Assembly (NCBI GenBank): GCA_963777505.1
Contig: CAVZQN010000008.1
Location: forward strand, 507,679 to 571,678
Reading direction: 5' to 3'
Length of the DNA stretch: 64,000 bases
DNA from: an uncultured bacterium
GTDB taxonomy: Bacteria > Acidobacteriota > HRBIN11 > JAKEFK01
Position 1 is the first letter of the stretch. Each line of letters begins with the position of its first letter. A program made the position numbers and the translations under genes. The notes under the pieces were generated by a model. That model was given only the letters and a program-made list of their open reading frames with translations, did not search any database and was not told the DNA's origin. Below, piece by piece: positions 1 to 11,138 of this stretch.

Positions 1-130
1 CAACGTTCCCGGCACAGTCGATATCCACCCGAACTGGCGGCGCCGGTTGGACAAGCCAATCGCGAGCCTCGATGCGCTTGCGCGTTTGGGCCAGGTCGCC
101 GTGGTGTTGCAACGCAGGAAGGGTGCTTGA
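1..130 (+). CDS. malQ: 4-alpha-glucanotransferase (amylomaltase), C-terminal fragment
   Basis: Frame 2 reads NVPGTVDIHPNWRRRLDKPIASL...KGA*, matching the GH77 C-terminal NxPGT..xPNWR motif. Truncated by the window edge. Confidence 0.75.
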   Translation, partial: NVPGTVDIHPNWRRRLDKPIASLDALARLGQVAVVLQRRKGA

Positions 131-155
131 GGCGCAAACGACCGCAAGCGCCCGT

Positions 156-305
156 TTACCGTGACGGTTTTGCGATCCGCTTTGCCAACGTCGCCACCAA
201 AGAGACCATCCCCGCAAGACCGAGCGCCCCGACAAGCCACTTCCAGCGGCTCGCTGGCGGCGGGTCGTCGATACCAGGGCGGTATTTGATTGGTTTTCGA
301 AGCAT
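156..305 (-). CDS. small single-pass membrane protein (49 aa)
   Basis: MLRKPIKYRPGIDDPPPASRWKWLVGALGLAGMVSLVATLAKRIAKPSR. GGAGGGG lies just upstream of the ATG, and there is one hydrophobic segment. Confidence 0.55.
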   Translation of the reverse strand: MLRKPIKYRPGIDDPPPASRWKWLVGALGLAGMVSLVATLAKRIAKPSR

Positions 306-499
306 GATCCCCTCCATGAGGGGCAATCGTCGATACCTCATTGTGTTCCACAGCTGAGGGAAATGTTTGGCGCTGCTTCGGGTGGTCTCGGCCAGCCGCG
401 GCTGTGCCAATGCGCGCGTACGGAAAAACTCGTACGCCTGACAAGGGAGCTGGGTGCTATCCAAATGATTATTCGCCCGTCAAAACTGGAGGGTTGAAC

Positions 500-564
500 A
501 TGTCATTCGGGCTAATCGGAATTCCATTGCCGATCATCTGCTGCTGGCGCTGTTCGGGAACTAG
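500..564 (+). CDS. tiny hydrophobic peptide (~21 aa, one 1-bp indel)
   Basis: GGAGG RBS 7 nt upstream. Reads MSFGLIGIPLPII, then after a +1 correction LLLALFGN*. Confidence 0.45.
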
Positions 565-685
565 ATCCTGCGTCTCGCGGTCACGCCTGAGTTCAAGCGG
601 ATGGATCGCCGCGAATTGAGATTTGCGCACCCCGTCAGCAATCACGGGGTACTTCACGTTGGGGCTTGCTTGAAACCTTGAAAGG

Positions 686-2959
686 CTACTGCCGCGCCAG
701 CTCGATCGCCACGTCGGCCTTGGCCGTCTCCTTCCGCTCCGCCGACTTCTGCGCCGGCAGGTCGATGACGAGTTCGTGGAGCTTGCCCTGGAAGGCGAAC
801 GCGCCCGTGTAATCGTCGCTGACGCCGATGTGGTCGTCGCGGCCGACATAGAGGTTGCCGCCGGAGTGCCGGCGGATCAGGAACGCGATGTCGACACCCG
901 GGCCGCACGGCTTGCCGTCGATGAGCACGGTGCCGCGGCCGACGCGGCCGATGCGTTCGATGGTGAAGCCGACGTTGAGCTTGCCGGTTGCCAGGGGCTT
1001 TTCCGACACCGACTTCAGGTGCTGGCCGAACAGGTTGTAGTCGAACACCAGCCGGTTCTTGTGCACATAGAGCGTGAAGCCGCTGCGGTGGTCGCCATAG
1101 GCGAACAGGCAGCCTTCCTGCTCGGTCGATGCGCGTTCGATCGCGGCCGACACGATCAGCGTGCGGTTGCCGAGCTGCGGCGCCGTCGACAGGCGGATTT
1201 CCTCGAACGGCGGCGTGTAGACATAGCGCTTACGGCTGCGCGGGTCGCTCCAGCCGCCGGCCGGACGCCAGAGTTCGGCGCGGCGGTCGTCGAGCGGCAG
1301 CACGCCGTTGCGGCCGGCCTCGATCCACCACAGGTCGATCATCTCGCGCAGTTTCTCGGGGTGCTTCTCGGCGAGGTCGTGACACTCCGAGAAGTCGGTG
1401 TCGACGTGATAGAGTTCCCAGTCGTCGTTATCGAACGAGGTGTCCGGCTCATGGTAGGTCACGGCCTTCCAGCCGTTGGCCCAGATGCCGCGGTGACCGA
1501 ACATCTCGAAATACTGCACCTGCTTGCGCGTCGGCGTCGACGCGGCCTCCGGCGCAAAGGCGTAGAACAGGCTGGTGCCGTGCACCGGCATCTGCGGATG
1601 ACCGTTGACGATGTCCGGACGCGACGTGCCGACCGCCTCGAAGATGGTCGGCGCAATGTCGGTGACGTGGTGGAACTGGTGGCGGATGCCGCCCTTGTCG
1701 CTGATGCCGGCCGGCCAGTGCGCGATCAGCGGATCGCGGATGCCGCCACCATGGGTGTTCTGCTTGTAGCGCTTGTTCGGTGTGTTGCCGACCGCAGCCC
1801 AGCCCCAGGGATAGTTGTTGAAGCCTTCCGGCGTGCCGATCTGGTCGATGCGTGCGATCGACTCTTCGATCGGCTCCGGCCGGCCGTTGAAATAGCGCGA
1901 GTAGTCGACCATGCCGGACGCGCCGCCTTCCTGGCTGGCGCCGTTGTCGGACATCAGCAGGAACAGCGTGTTGTCGAGTTCGCCACGGGCGGCGAGGTCA
2001 TCCATCAGCCGGCCGATCTGCGCGTCGGTGTGTTCGAGGAAGCCGGCGAAAGCCTCCTGCAGGCGCAGCGCCAGCGTGCGTTCATCCGGCGTGAGTTCGA
2101 TCCAGGCCTTCACGCCCGGATTGCGCGGCGCAAGGTCAGTATCCGGCGGGATGATGCCAAGCTGCTTCTGCCGCTCGTACCACTCCTTCCGCACCACATC
2201 CCAGCCGGCGTCGAACTTGCCGCGGTACTTGTCGATGTATTTCTTCGGCGCCTGATGCGGCGCATGCGTCGCGCCGAACGCGACGTAGAGGAAGAACGGC
2301 TTTTCCGGCACGGATGCCTTCTGCGCGTGCACCATGCCGATCGCCTGATCGATCAGGTCTTCGCTGAGGTGATAACCCTCATCAGGCGTCTTCGGCGGCT
2401 GCACCGGATGATTGTCGCAGGTCAGATCCGGACGCCACTGGTCGGTCTCGCCTTCGAGGAAGCCGTAGTAGCGGTCGAAGCCGCGTGCGAGCGGCCACTG
2501 GTCGAACGGGCCGGCCGGCGATGTCTGCTCCATCGGGGTGAGGTGCCACTTGCCGACGGCGAAGGTGGAGTAGCCGCCCGGCCGCAGCACTTCGGCAATC
2601 GTCGCCGCGCTCTTCGTCACGGTGCCGGTGCAGTTCGGATAGCCCGTGCTCCAGTTGGCGAGCCCGCGCATGCCGACCGAATGGTGATTGCAGCCGGTCA
2701 TCAGCGCGGCGCGGGTCGGTGAGCAGAGCGCGGTGGTGTGGAAATTGGTGAAGCGCAGTCCGTTCGCCGCCAGGCGGTCGATGTTCGGCGTCGAGATCGA
2801 CGAGCCGTAACAGCCGAGATGCGCAAAGCCCATGTCGTCGAACAGGACCACCACCACATTCGGCGCGCCCTTGCGCGGCCGCGGCAGGTCCGGCCAGTGC
2901 GGCGTGCTCTCGTGGACGGTGCGGCCGATCTTGCCCTGAAAGCGGGACGTCGATGCCAT
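686..2959 (-). CDS. arylsulfatase (Cys-type, formylglycine-dependent)
   Basis: 757-aa intact ORF with PNVVVVLFDDMG, ALCSPTRAALMTG (CxPxR), GKWHL and MSDNGAS motifs. No signal peptide; beta-rich C-terminal extension. Confidence 0.93.
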   Translation of the reverse strand: MASTSRFQGKIGRTVHESTPHWPDLPRPRKGAPNVVVVLFDDMGFAHLGCYGSSISTPNIDRLAANGLRFTNFHTTALCSPTRAALMTGCNHHSVGMRGLANWSTGYPNCTGTVTKSAATIAEVLRPGGYSTFAVGKWHLTPMEQTSPAGPFDQWPLARGFDRYYGFLEGETDQWRPDLTCDNHPVQPPKTPDEGYHLSEDLIDQAIGMVHAQKASVPEKPFFLYVAFGATHAPHQAPKKYIDKYRGKFDAGWDVVRKEWYERQKQLGIIPPDTDLAPRNPGVKAWIELTPDERTLALRLQEAFAGFLEHTDAQIGRLMDDLAARGELDNTLFLLMSDNGASQEGGASGMVDYSRYFNGRPEPIEESIARIDQIGTPEGFNNYPWGWAAVGNTPNKRYKQNTHGGGIRDPLIAHWPAGISDKGGIRHQFHHVTDIAPTIFEAVGTSRPDIVNGHPQMPVHGTSLFYAFAPEAASTPTRKQVQYFEMFGHRGIWANGWKAVTYHEPDTSFDNDDWELYHVDTDFSECHDLAEKHPEKLREMIDLWWIEAGRNGVLPLDDRRAELWRPAGGWSDPRSRKRYVYTPPFEEIRLSTAPQLGNRTLIVSAAIERASTEQEGCLFAYGDHRSGFTLYVHKNRLVFDYNLFGQHLKSVSEKPLATGKLNVGFTIERIGRVGRGTVLIDGKPCGPGVDIAFLIRRHSGGNLYVGRDDHIGVSDDYTGAFAFQGKLHELVIDLPAQKSAERKETAKADVAIELARQ

Positions 2960-3333
2960 GATGCCTCCCTGAAGTCTTTGTTCTTAGCCTTTTTGCCCGT
3001 CCCGGCGAGCGGGCACCGGGCCTTTGAAGGATATTGCACAGGCATATGCAGAAAGAAAGCCGGCAGCAAACGACCCGCGGGCTTTGGACTGTCCAAAACC
3101 GGCTGATGCTCGTCCAGCTCGATGTTGCCGTCGGTCGCGACCGCTTTCCAGAGGTCATATTCGGACTTCACCCCGGCGCCGTAACCCATGGGCGAACGGA
3201 AGGTAACGATGTGCACTAATTGATTGGTGCGCCATGATTTTTTCGGCGCGGTATCGATGCAGGGTTCTCGCTCCCGTATAGTCCCGCCTTCCGGCCCCCA
3301 AGGTGCGGCCGAAGCGGGCGGGAGATTTGCGCG

Positions 3334-4364
3334 GTGCATTTCAGGATTTTACTCACCCACACCCCGCAGTCGCGGCGGCAATATTACGGCGAGCGGGCGT
3401 TGCGCGGACTGCAGCGGCTGGGTGAGGTGTCTTTGCACGAGGCCGATGATGCGCTCGACGTCGCCGGTCTGGTTCGTGCCGCGCGCGATGCCGACGTGAT
3501 CGTCGCCGATCGATTGACGGCGGGACCTGCGGAAGTCTTCGCGCAATTGCCGAAACTCCGCGCCTTCGTCCGCTGCGCGGTCGACATCCGCAACGTCGAT
3601 GTCGAGGCTGCGTCCGCCGCCGGCGTGCTGGTGACCCGCGCGGGGCCCGGGTTCACGCAGTCGGTCGCCGAACTCGCGCTCGGATTCATGATCGATCTGT
3701 CGCGCGGCATTTCGCGCGCAACCGCTGGATTATCGTGCCGGGCGTGCGCCCGACGTCATGATGGGACGGCAACTGTCGGGCTCGAGCGTCGGCATCATCG
3801 GTTACGGCAGCATCGGGCGATATCTCGCGAGCATCGTTCAGCCGCTCGGAATGACGGTGCTGGTCACCGATCCGTTCGCCAAGGTCGACGAGTCCGGATA
3901 TCCGGCACGTGCCGCTCGACGAACTGCTGCGGCGGGCCGACTACGTGATCTGCCTGGTCGTGGCCAACAAGGACACGGAAAACCTGATCGGCGCCGCGCA
4001 GTTTGCATCGATGCAGCCGCACGCCGTCTTCATCAACCTGTCCCGCGGCGAACTGGTCGACGAGGCGGCGCTTGCCGCAGCCTTGCGCGACAGGCGTATT
4101 GCCGGCGCCGCCATGGATGTCGGCCGCGCGCGCGACCAGATGCCGAGCGCGGAGCTGGCGCGCATGCCGAACGTGATCGCGACGCCGCATATCGGCGGCC
4201 TGACGCCGCCGGCGATCGAGTATCAGGCGCTCGAGACGGTGCGGCAGGTGGCGGCGATCATCCAGGGCGAGGCGCCGGCTGGCGCCGTCAACGCGGAACG
4301 CTGGACGCGGCGAGCCGGTCCCGGGCTGATTTGTGCTAAGGGACGGCGCAAGCCGTCGCTTTGA
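3334..4364 (+). CDS. D-isomer-specific 2-hydroxyacid dehydrogenase (frameshifted)
   Basis: Joined frames give RCAVDIRNVDV, SVAELALGFMI, VGIIGYGSIG, FINLSRGELVDE and TPHIGG. Confidence 0.85.
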
Positions 4365-4387
4365 ACCGGAACGATCGATGACATCCG

Positions 4388-4743
4388 TTGAGCCCGTCTG
4401 CCGACAAGCCCCGGCGCAAATGGGGCTGGATCTTCCTTTTGGCGTTTGTCGTGCAGGCCGCCGTGTTCGTCGTTCTGATCGGCCAGATCGCGCGCCAGAT
4501 GCCGTCGGCGACAGTCCTCGTGGAAAATCCGGCAGACGCCGAGCCCGCAGGGCGCGCCTGCGCCGGCTGCAGTTGAGCGCCGGCGGATGCCGAGCGGCTG
4601 CGGCTCAAACTTGCGCTGTTGCTGCTCGCCGCCAGCACCTGTTCGATTGTCACGCTGGCCGGCGCGCTGATCGGGCTGCGCAGGCCCCCGCCGGCGCAAC
4701 CGGACACGGACGACGATCCGCCGCCGGCAGCGAGCCGGAGTGA
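4388..4743 (+). CDS. hypothetical two-TM membrane protein (frameshifted)
   Basis: KWGWIFLLAFVVQAAVFVVLIG in one frame, then LRLKLALLLLAASTCSIVTLAGALIGL in another. Confidence 0.45.
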
Positions 4744-4749
4744 GCCGCG

Positions 4750-6320
4750 CTAGTACGAATAGTCCAGCGCCTTGTACATGACGTTCTGGTGGATCATGTG
4801 CGGCCGCGCGCCCTTCAGGCGCTTGTTGGTCACCATGTGCAGGCCGACGTTCATCACCGGAATCCAGAGATGATTTTCGCTGATGCGCTTCTGCGCGAGG
4901 CCGTAGTACTTCGCGCGGTCCTTCTCGGTCAGCGCCGAGCGGCCGGCCTTCAGCCATTCGTCGGTCTGCGGATCGTTCCAGAACATCCGGTTCGGCACCG
5001 GGATGTTCGATGAATCGAAATAGTAGTTCAGAAGATCGCCGGCCGAGAGGTAGGAGTACGTCACGGTCCAGAGTTCGTAGTCGAGTTCGGCCATCTTCGC
5101 CGGCGCAATCGTCGAGTCGAAGCCGATGATGTTCCAGTCGACGCCGATCTGGCGCATGTAGCCCTGGATCGCCTCGGACACGCGCGGACCGTACGAGACC
5201 GCGGTGAAGTAGACCTTCGGCGCGAGCTTCACGCCGTCCTTGTAGCGGAAGCCGTCGGGGCCCATCTTCCATCCGGCCTCGTCGAGCAGCTTCTTCGCCC
5301 GCTCGACGTCCTCCTTGACGTGCGTCATGCCGTCTTCGTAGTCGAGCGCCGCCGGATCGACGAAGGTGTAGGCGGGGTCGGCGTGGCCCTGCACCGTGCT
5401 CTTGACGATGTCGGCGCGCTTGATGGCGATGCTCATCGCCTCGCGCACGCGCGGATCGGCGACCAGCGGCCGGTTGGTCTTGAAGCCGAAGTAGTTGAGC
5501 AGGTGCATCGGTTTCGCCTGCTGCACCTGCAGCATCGGCGCCTTGCTGACCTGATCGAGGAATTGCAACGGCATGTTGTGGGTGATGTCGAAACTGCCGC
5601 TCATCATCGCCGCGACGACGGGCAGAGTCCTCGGGCACGATGGTGATGACCATCTTCTCGAATTTGACCGGACCCTTGTTCTTGTACATCGACGGGCCCC
5701 ACTTGTAGGCGTCGTGCCGTTTGAGCACCGTCTGCGTGCGCGGCTTGCCAGGACTCGAAACACCACGGACCGGTGCCGTCGATCGCCTGCGTGCCGTAGT
5801 CCTTGCCGTGCTTCTCCACGCTCTCCTGATTGTGGATCGCCATGCTGAAGCTCGAGAAGTTGAGCATCAGGTCGGAGTAGGGCTCGTTCAGCTCGTACTC
5901 GACGGTGTAGGGGTCGGGGGTGCGCAGGTCCTTCACGTTGCCGGCGCGCCATTTCAGCGGCGCCTTGGTGGCCGGATCGAGCAGGCGCTTGAAGCTGTAG
6001 ACCACGTCGGCGGAGGTGAACTTCTTGCCGCTAGCAGAACTGCACGTCGTCGCGCAGCTTGAAGGTGTAGGTCTTGCCGTCCTCGCTGATGGTCCAGGAT
6101 TTGGCGAGATAGGGAATGACGGTCCGGCCGTCCCAGTCGAGCGCGACCAGCGTGTCGAGGATCATGTTGGTGACGTCGGCGGTCGGCGCCCAGGTGGTGC
6201 GATGGCCGTCGAAGTGCGGCGCGTCGAGCGACTTCATCACCTTCAGCGTCTGCGCCTGCGCGGTCGAAGCCGCACAGGCCAGCATCGCCGTCGCCGCAAT
6301 CCCTTCGCGATCCCGCGCAT
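4750..6320 (-). CDS. ABC transporter substrate-binding protein, family 5 (peptide/nickel; frameshifted)
   Basis: Signal peptide (..ASTAQA), PYLAKSWTISEDGKTYTFKLRDDV, DGTGPW and VREAMSIAI. GGGAGA RBS before the ATG at 6320. Confidence 0.85.
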
Positions 6321-6772
6321 CGTCGTCTCCCTTTACGTTCTTATTGAATTCTCCGTACTTCCAGGTCGCCAGTTGGACGTCGCATGCGAAACGCGCTGAG
6401 GCCCGAAGACCTCGCGGCAGCGATCATCTCGATGATTTGTATGCGTCTGCGTCAGCCCACTGCGGGCTTTCGGGACCGGTCAGGCAATGGATGTGCTTCC
6501 ACCCCACGCGTATCACTCCCGGAACAGGCGCTGACAAGTCTTGCGCTTCCATGGCCCGTCGCCGAAAGCTTGCAGCCTCACCCCGTTGGCGTCAAGGATG
6601 CGATCGCGTTGCGGTGCCGCAGGCTGTCGCGATCTGACACCTGGAAGCTGGCAGGATCACAGCCGTGCCCTGCGGCGCGACGCTTGGTCTGCTTCCGTAC
6701 AATGCGCCTGCACTGTGCTGTGGTGGTGTGGAGTGCGGCGACGCGAGTAGATCGCAGCGCGGCTAAGCCACC

Positions 6773-7249
6773 TCAGCCTTCCGATACGCCTTCGGTGATC
6801 TTCGCGAACTGCTCGTCGTTGTATTCGGTCTGACCGATCAGGACGCTGCAGCCGATGTGCTTGATCACGTAGATGCCGACCGATTCCGACCACCACTGCG
6901 CCAGCACGCCCTTGCGGCGGTGGCCGGCGACCACGAGATCGGCGCCGATTTCCTGGGCGACCGAGACGATCACCTCGCCCGGCCGTCCCCAGCCGAGGCG
7001 GAACTCCGGCGAGAAGCCGATCGCGCGAAGCCGCTGCACGCCTTCGTCCAGCACCGCCTGATAGGCGATCTGTTCTTCGCCGATCACCTGCGCGTAGGCG
7101 CCGTCGGCCGTGCCGAGACTGACCGAGTTGTCGATCACGGCGAGCAGGAACACTTCTGCGTTGCAGCGCAGCGCGAGTGCTGCGCCTTCGCGCAGTGCGC
7201 GCCTGCCTTCGGTCGATCCGTCGTAGGCAAGAAGAATTTTCCGATACAT
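6773..7249 (-). CDS. universal stress protein (UspA family)
   Basis: MYRKILLAYDGS...GADLVVAGHRR...ESVGIYVIKHIGCSVLI, with a GGAG RBS. Confidence 0.9.
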   Translation of the reverse strand: MYRKILLAYDGSTEGRRALREGAALALRCNAEVFLLAVIDNSVSLGTADGAYAQVIGEEQIAYQAVLDEGVQRLRAIGFSPEFRLGWGRPGEVIVSVAQEIGADLVVAGHRRKGVLAQWWSESVGIYVIKHIGCSVLIGQTEYNDEQFAKITEGVSEG

Positions 7250-7415
7250 GTCGCGCTCCTCCGTCCCTGAAAGGAGATGCAATGTCTTCGGGTTCTTGTT
7301 CGTGCGCTCCAGTCTGAAGCGCGTGGCCCTTCGCTGTCTGTATGACTTTAGGCCATGCGCCGCCGTCCGCAAGACGGGCACGTGCGCATTCTGTCAGCTT
7401 TGGTACGGCTGGCGT

Positions 7416-8316
7416 TCACACCGCCCAGGACGGCAGCGGCTGCATGCGCTGCTTGATCCACGTCAGCAGGCTTTGCACCGCGGCACGGCGGATCTTGTTG
7501 GTCGGAATCAGCGCCTTCAGCCACAGCTCCGGCACCGGATAGTCCGGCAGCAAGGTTTGCAGCTGGCCGGCTTCGATCGCCGGCCGGGCGATGTAGCGCG
7601 CCACCATGGCGATGCCGAGGCCGCGGCAGGCGGCGCTCTGCAGGATCTGGCTGTCGTTGGCGGAGAAGCGCGAGCGCACGTCGACGTTGATCAGCCCGCG
7701 CGGGCTTTCGAACGACCAGGTCGAACCGGTGGTCTGGAAGGTCAGGCAGTCGTGGCCGATCAGGTCGATCGGATGTTTCGGTTCGCCCGCGCGCGTCGAT
7801 GTAGGCGGGCGCGGCGCACAGGACGCGCGGGTAGGGCGACAGCGGCTCGTCGATCACGTTGGCGTAGGACGCGGGCATCGCGCCGATGGCGATGTCGAAA
7901 TCCTCTTCCACCGGGTTGACCGAGCGGTCGATCAGCACGAGGTCGATGGCGATGCCGGGATGGGCGACCTGGAAGTCGTTCAGGATTTCGCCGAAGTTGA
8001 GGATCGCCAGCGTCGTCGGGCATTTGATCCGCAACTGGCCCTCGATCCGGTCCGTGGCGCTGACGCGGCGCCGTTGATGGCGTCCTCGACGTCGCCGACG
8101 ATGGTCTGGTAGCGCGGGAAGTAGCGCTCGCCGGTTTCCGTCAGCGACAGCTTGCGCGTCGAGCGCACGAACAGCTGCGCGCGCATCTGGTCTTCCAGGC
8201 GGTTGATGCGCTTGACGATCACGGATGGGGCAACGCCAAGCTCGCGCGCGGCGGCCGAAAAGCTCCCGGCCCGGGCCGTGGTGAGAAAAGCCTTTATATT
8301 CAGAAGTGTAGTTCAC
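7416..8316 (-). CDS. LysR-family transcriptional regulator (frameshifted)
   Basis: GSFSAAARELGVAPSVIVKRINRLEDQMRAQLFVRSTRKLSLTETG HTH plus a CrgA-like substrate-binding domain. Confidence 0.9.
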
Positions 8317-8318
8317 AT

Positions 8319-8444
8319 GCCTTTCTCCAATCGAGAAAGCTGAGTTGTCCCGCGTTCCTGCGGCAATCCGGCATCGACCGGTCTGGCCGCGGAACTATCC
8401 TTGTTCCCAATAGCTTAGCCGCCTTTCTCGTTTCGAGAAAGCTG
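8319..8444. promoter_or_regulatory. two LysR-type operator palindromes (CTTTCTC-N5-GAGAAAG)
   Basis: GCCTTTCTCCAATCGAGAAAGCTG at 8319-8342 and GCCTTTCTCGTTTCGAGAAAGCTG at 8421-8444. Each contains T-N11-A and lies in the divergent lysR/operon intergenic region. Confidence 0.7.
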
Positions 8445-8521
8445 TTGGTCACTGATGCTGCTTTTTCGCCCATTTCGACGCGGACTAGCATCGCGCCAAG
8501 AACAAAGACGGGAGAAGGCGC

Positions 8522-9843
8522 ATGGCGGAAGCGGAAGGCACCCGGATCGTCCGCAGGCCGGGCAAGGGCGCGGTGCGCAAGGTCGAAGGCGACATCTGCG
8601 TCGTCGGCGCCGGCGCCGCCGGCGCCTCCGCGGCGATCGAGGCGGCCCGGCTCGGGCGCAAGGTGATCCTGGTCGACGGCATGCCGGCGCTGGGCGGGCA
8701 GGCGGTGAATTCGATCATCGGCACGTTCTGCGGCCTCTTCTCCAACGGCACGCACGGCTACCAGTTCACCCACGGCATCGCCGACGACATCATGGAGACG
8801 CTCGGCAAGAACAGCGAGCAGCTCTATTACCGCAACGGCCCGCACACGACGGTCGTCTACTACGACGAGGTCGCGCTCGGCCGCTGGATCGAGCGCACGG
8901 TGCGCGAGCTCGGCATCACCGTGATCGTCGGCGCGGTGATGCGCGATGTGCGATGTCGAAGGCCGGCGCATCAAGACGCTGCATCTGGCCACGCGCTACG
9001 GCGACGTCGACGTGCAGGCGACCGGCTTCGTCGACGCCAGCGGCGACGCGGCGCTGGTCTATCAGGCGGGCTTTGCCTGCCGCGAGCCGACCAGCCCGAT
9101 CTACGGCACGCAGATGGTGATGCTCGAGAACATCGACGAGGCGAAGCATCCGACGCGCGAGGAAATCCCGGCGAAGATGAAGGAGAAGGGCGACAAGTAC
9201 GGCCTCGTCCGCCGCGAGGGACTTGGCTTCGTCATTCCCGGCCGCGGCGTCGCCGCGATGAACATGACCCATGTGGAGACGCCGCTCGATCCGATCGAAG
9301 CCTCGATCAAGGGCGATTGACGGCAAGGACCAGGCCGACCGCGCGGTCGAGTTTCTGCGCAACGAGTTCCCCGAGTGCTTTCGGCAAGGCGCGCATTCGC
9401 GCCTACGGCTTTCCCGGCATCCGCCAGACCCGCTGGATCGTCGGCCGCCAGCAGCTCACGGTCGACGACGTGCGCGCCGGCACGAAGTTCCCGGACGCCG
9501 TTGCGCGCACCGCCTGGCCGATCGAATTGCACGACCACTCCGACGGCCATCACTGGCAGACCTTCGGCGATCGACCATGTGCATTATGTGCCATTGGCAG
9601 CATGATCCCGGCCGACGGCGACAACGTCGTCGCCGCCGGCCGCTGCATCGATGCGCGACTGCGCGGCGCTGTCGAGCGTGCGGGTGATGGGCCCGTGCAT
9701 GGCGATGGGCGCGGCGGCCGCCAATGCGCTCGATCTTGCCGGCACCGGCAGCGTGCACCAGATCGACATCCAGGCGCTGGCGCAAGCGCGTGCACGACAA
9801 TATCGAGACCAAACACATGCGATGGCCGAGCAAGGCGGCCTGA
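8522..9843 (+). CDS. FAD-dependent oxidoreductase (FAD_oxidored family; frameshifted)
   Basis: DICVVGAGAAGASAAIEAARLG, LGGQAV, FVDASGDA, GIRQTRWIVG, NVVAAGRCID and RVMGPCMAMGAAAA. Confidence 0.85.
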
Positions 9844-9857
9844 CGGCAACGCGTGAC

Positions 9858-11138
9858 ATGAAACTGACCGACGACGAGAAAGAGATGCTCGACGGCGTCC
9901 ACGGCCGCGCGAAAGCGCGGGCGATGGACCTGCTCGTGCGCTACGGCGAGGCGCTCGGCGCCGAGCGGCTGGTGGAGACCAACAATGTCGCCGGCGCCTT
10001 CAATGCCTCGACGCCGTCGGTGCGCGAACTTGTCGAAGAAGGGCTTCGATGCGGTCTATTCGGAATTCAATCTCGACAGCGCGGAAGTGGTCGAGGTGCC
10101 GAAGATGGTCGCCCACACCTGCCAGCTGATCACCGGCATCGACAACGCCAACTGGCGCATGCAGGGCATTCCGGACGATCTCGCCGAGCAGCAGAAGCGC
10201 GGCGAGGAATTCTTCGGCAGCCGCGGCATCAACATGTTCGCGACCTGCACGCCCTATCAGGTCGGCAATGTGCCGGTGAAGGGCGAGCATTGCGCCTGGA
10301 TGGAATCCTCCGCCGTCGTCTATTGCAACTCGGTGCTCGGCGCGCGCACCAACACCGAGGGCAAGGAGAGCACCGGCGCCGCGGCGCTCACCGGCCGCAT
10401 TCCCTACTGGGGCTATCACATCAAGGAGAACCGGCGCGGCACCCATCTCGTCGAGGTGGACATCGACGTCGACGACATCATGGACTGGGGCCTGCTCGGC
10501 TACTACCTCGGCGAGATCGTCGACGACGAGATCCCGGTGCTCGACCGGCCGCTACAAGCAGCCGAGCCTGATCAAGCTGAAGCATTTTGGTGCGGCGGCG
10601 GCATCGTCCGGCGGCGTCGAGATGTACCACATCCCCGACATCACGCCGGAAGCGCGCGACGGTCGAGGAAGCGTTCGGCGGCAATCCGGTGCGCGGCATC
10701 GTCCGTTATGGCGAGAAGGAGCGGCGCACAGCTTACGAGAATCTGAACTGCGCCACGCGACCGCAACGTCGATTTCGTCATGCTCGGCTGCCCGCACAAT
10801 TCCATCGACCAGGTCTGGCTGATCGCGTCGCTGCTCGACGGCCGCAAGATCAGCGCCAATACCGAGCTCTGGGTGCATACGCCGCGCGGCGCTGCGCGAG
10901 GTCGCCGATCGCAACGGCTACACGAAGATGATCATGGACGCCGGCGGCCATGTCATGAGCGACACCTGTCCGGCGATCTCGCGCGCACATGCCGAAGGGC
11001 ACCAAAGTGGTCGCGACCGATTCGGCCAAGCAGGCGCATTATCTGCCGGCCATCACCGGCGTGTCGGCCTGGTTCGGCTCGGTCAAGCATTGCGTCGAGG
11101 CGGCGGTCAGCGGCCGCTGGGACGGAGGCCTGCGATGA
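9858..11138 (+). CDS. aconitase X catalytic (large) subunit, DUF521 (frameshifted)
   Basis: MKLTDDEKEMLDG, ATCTPYQVGN, WMESSAVVYCNSVLGARTN, LGCPH, SDTCP and TDSAKQAHY. Confidence 0.88.

Noticed and set aside
776-2722. 648-aa plus-strand ORF and similar long antisense ORFs (e.g. 11793-13763, 15652-16644, 60117-61202)
   Set aside because: These are shadow ORFs opposite real high-GC genes and have no recognisable motifs.
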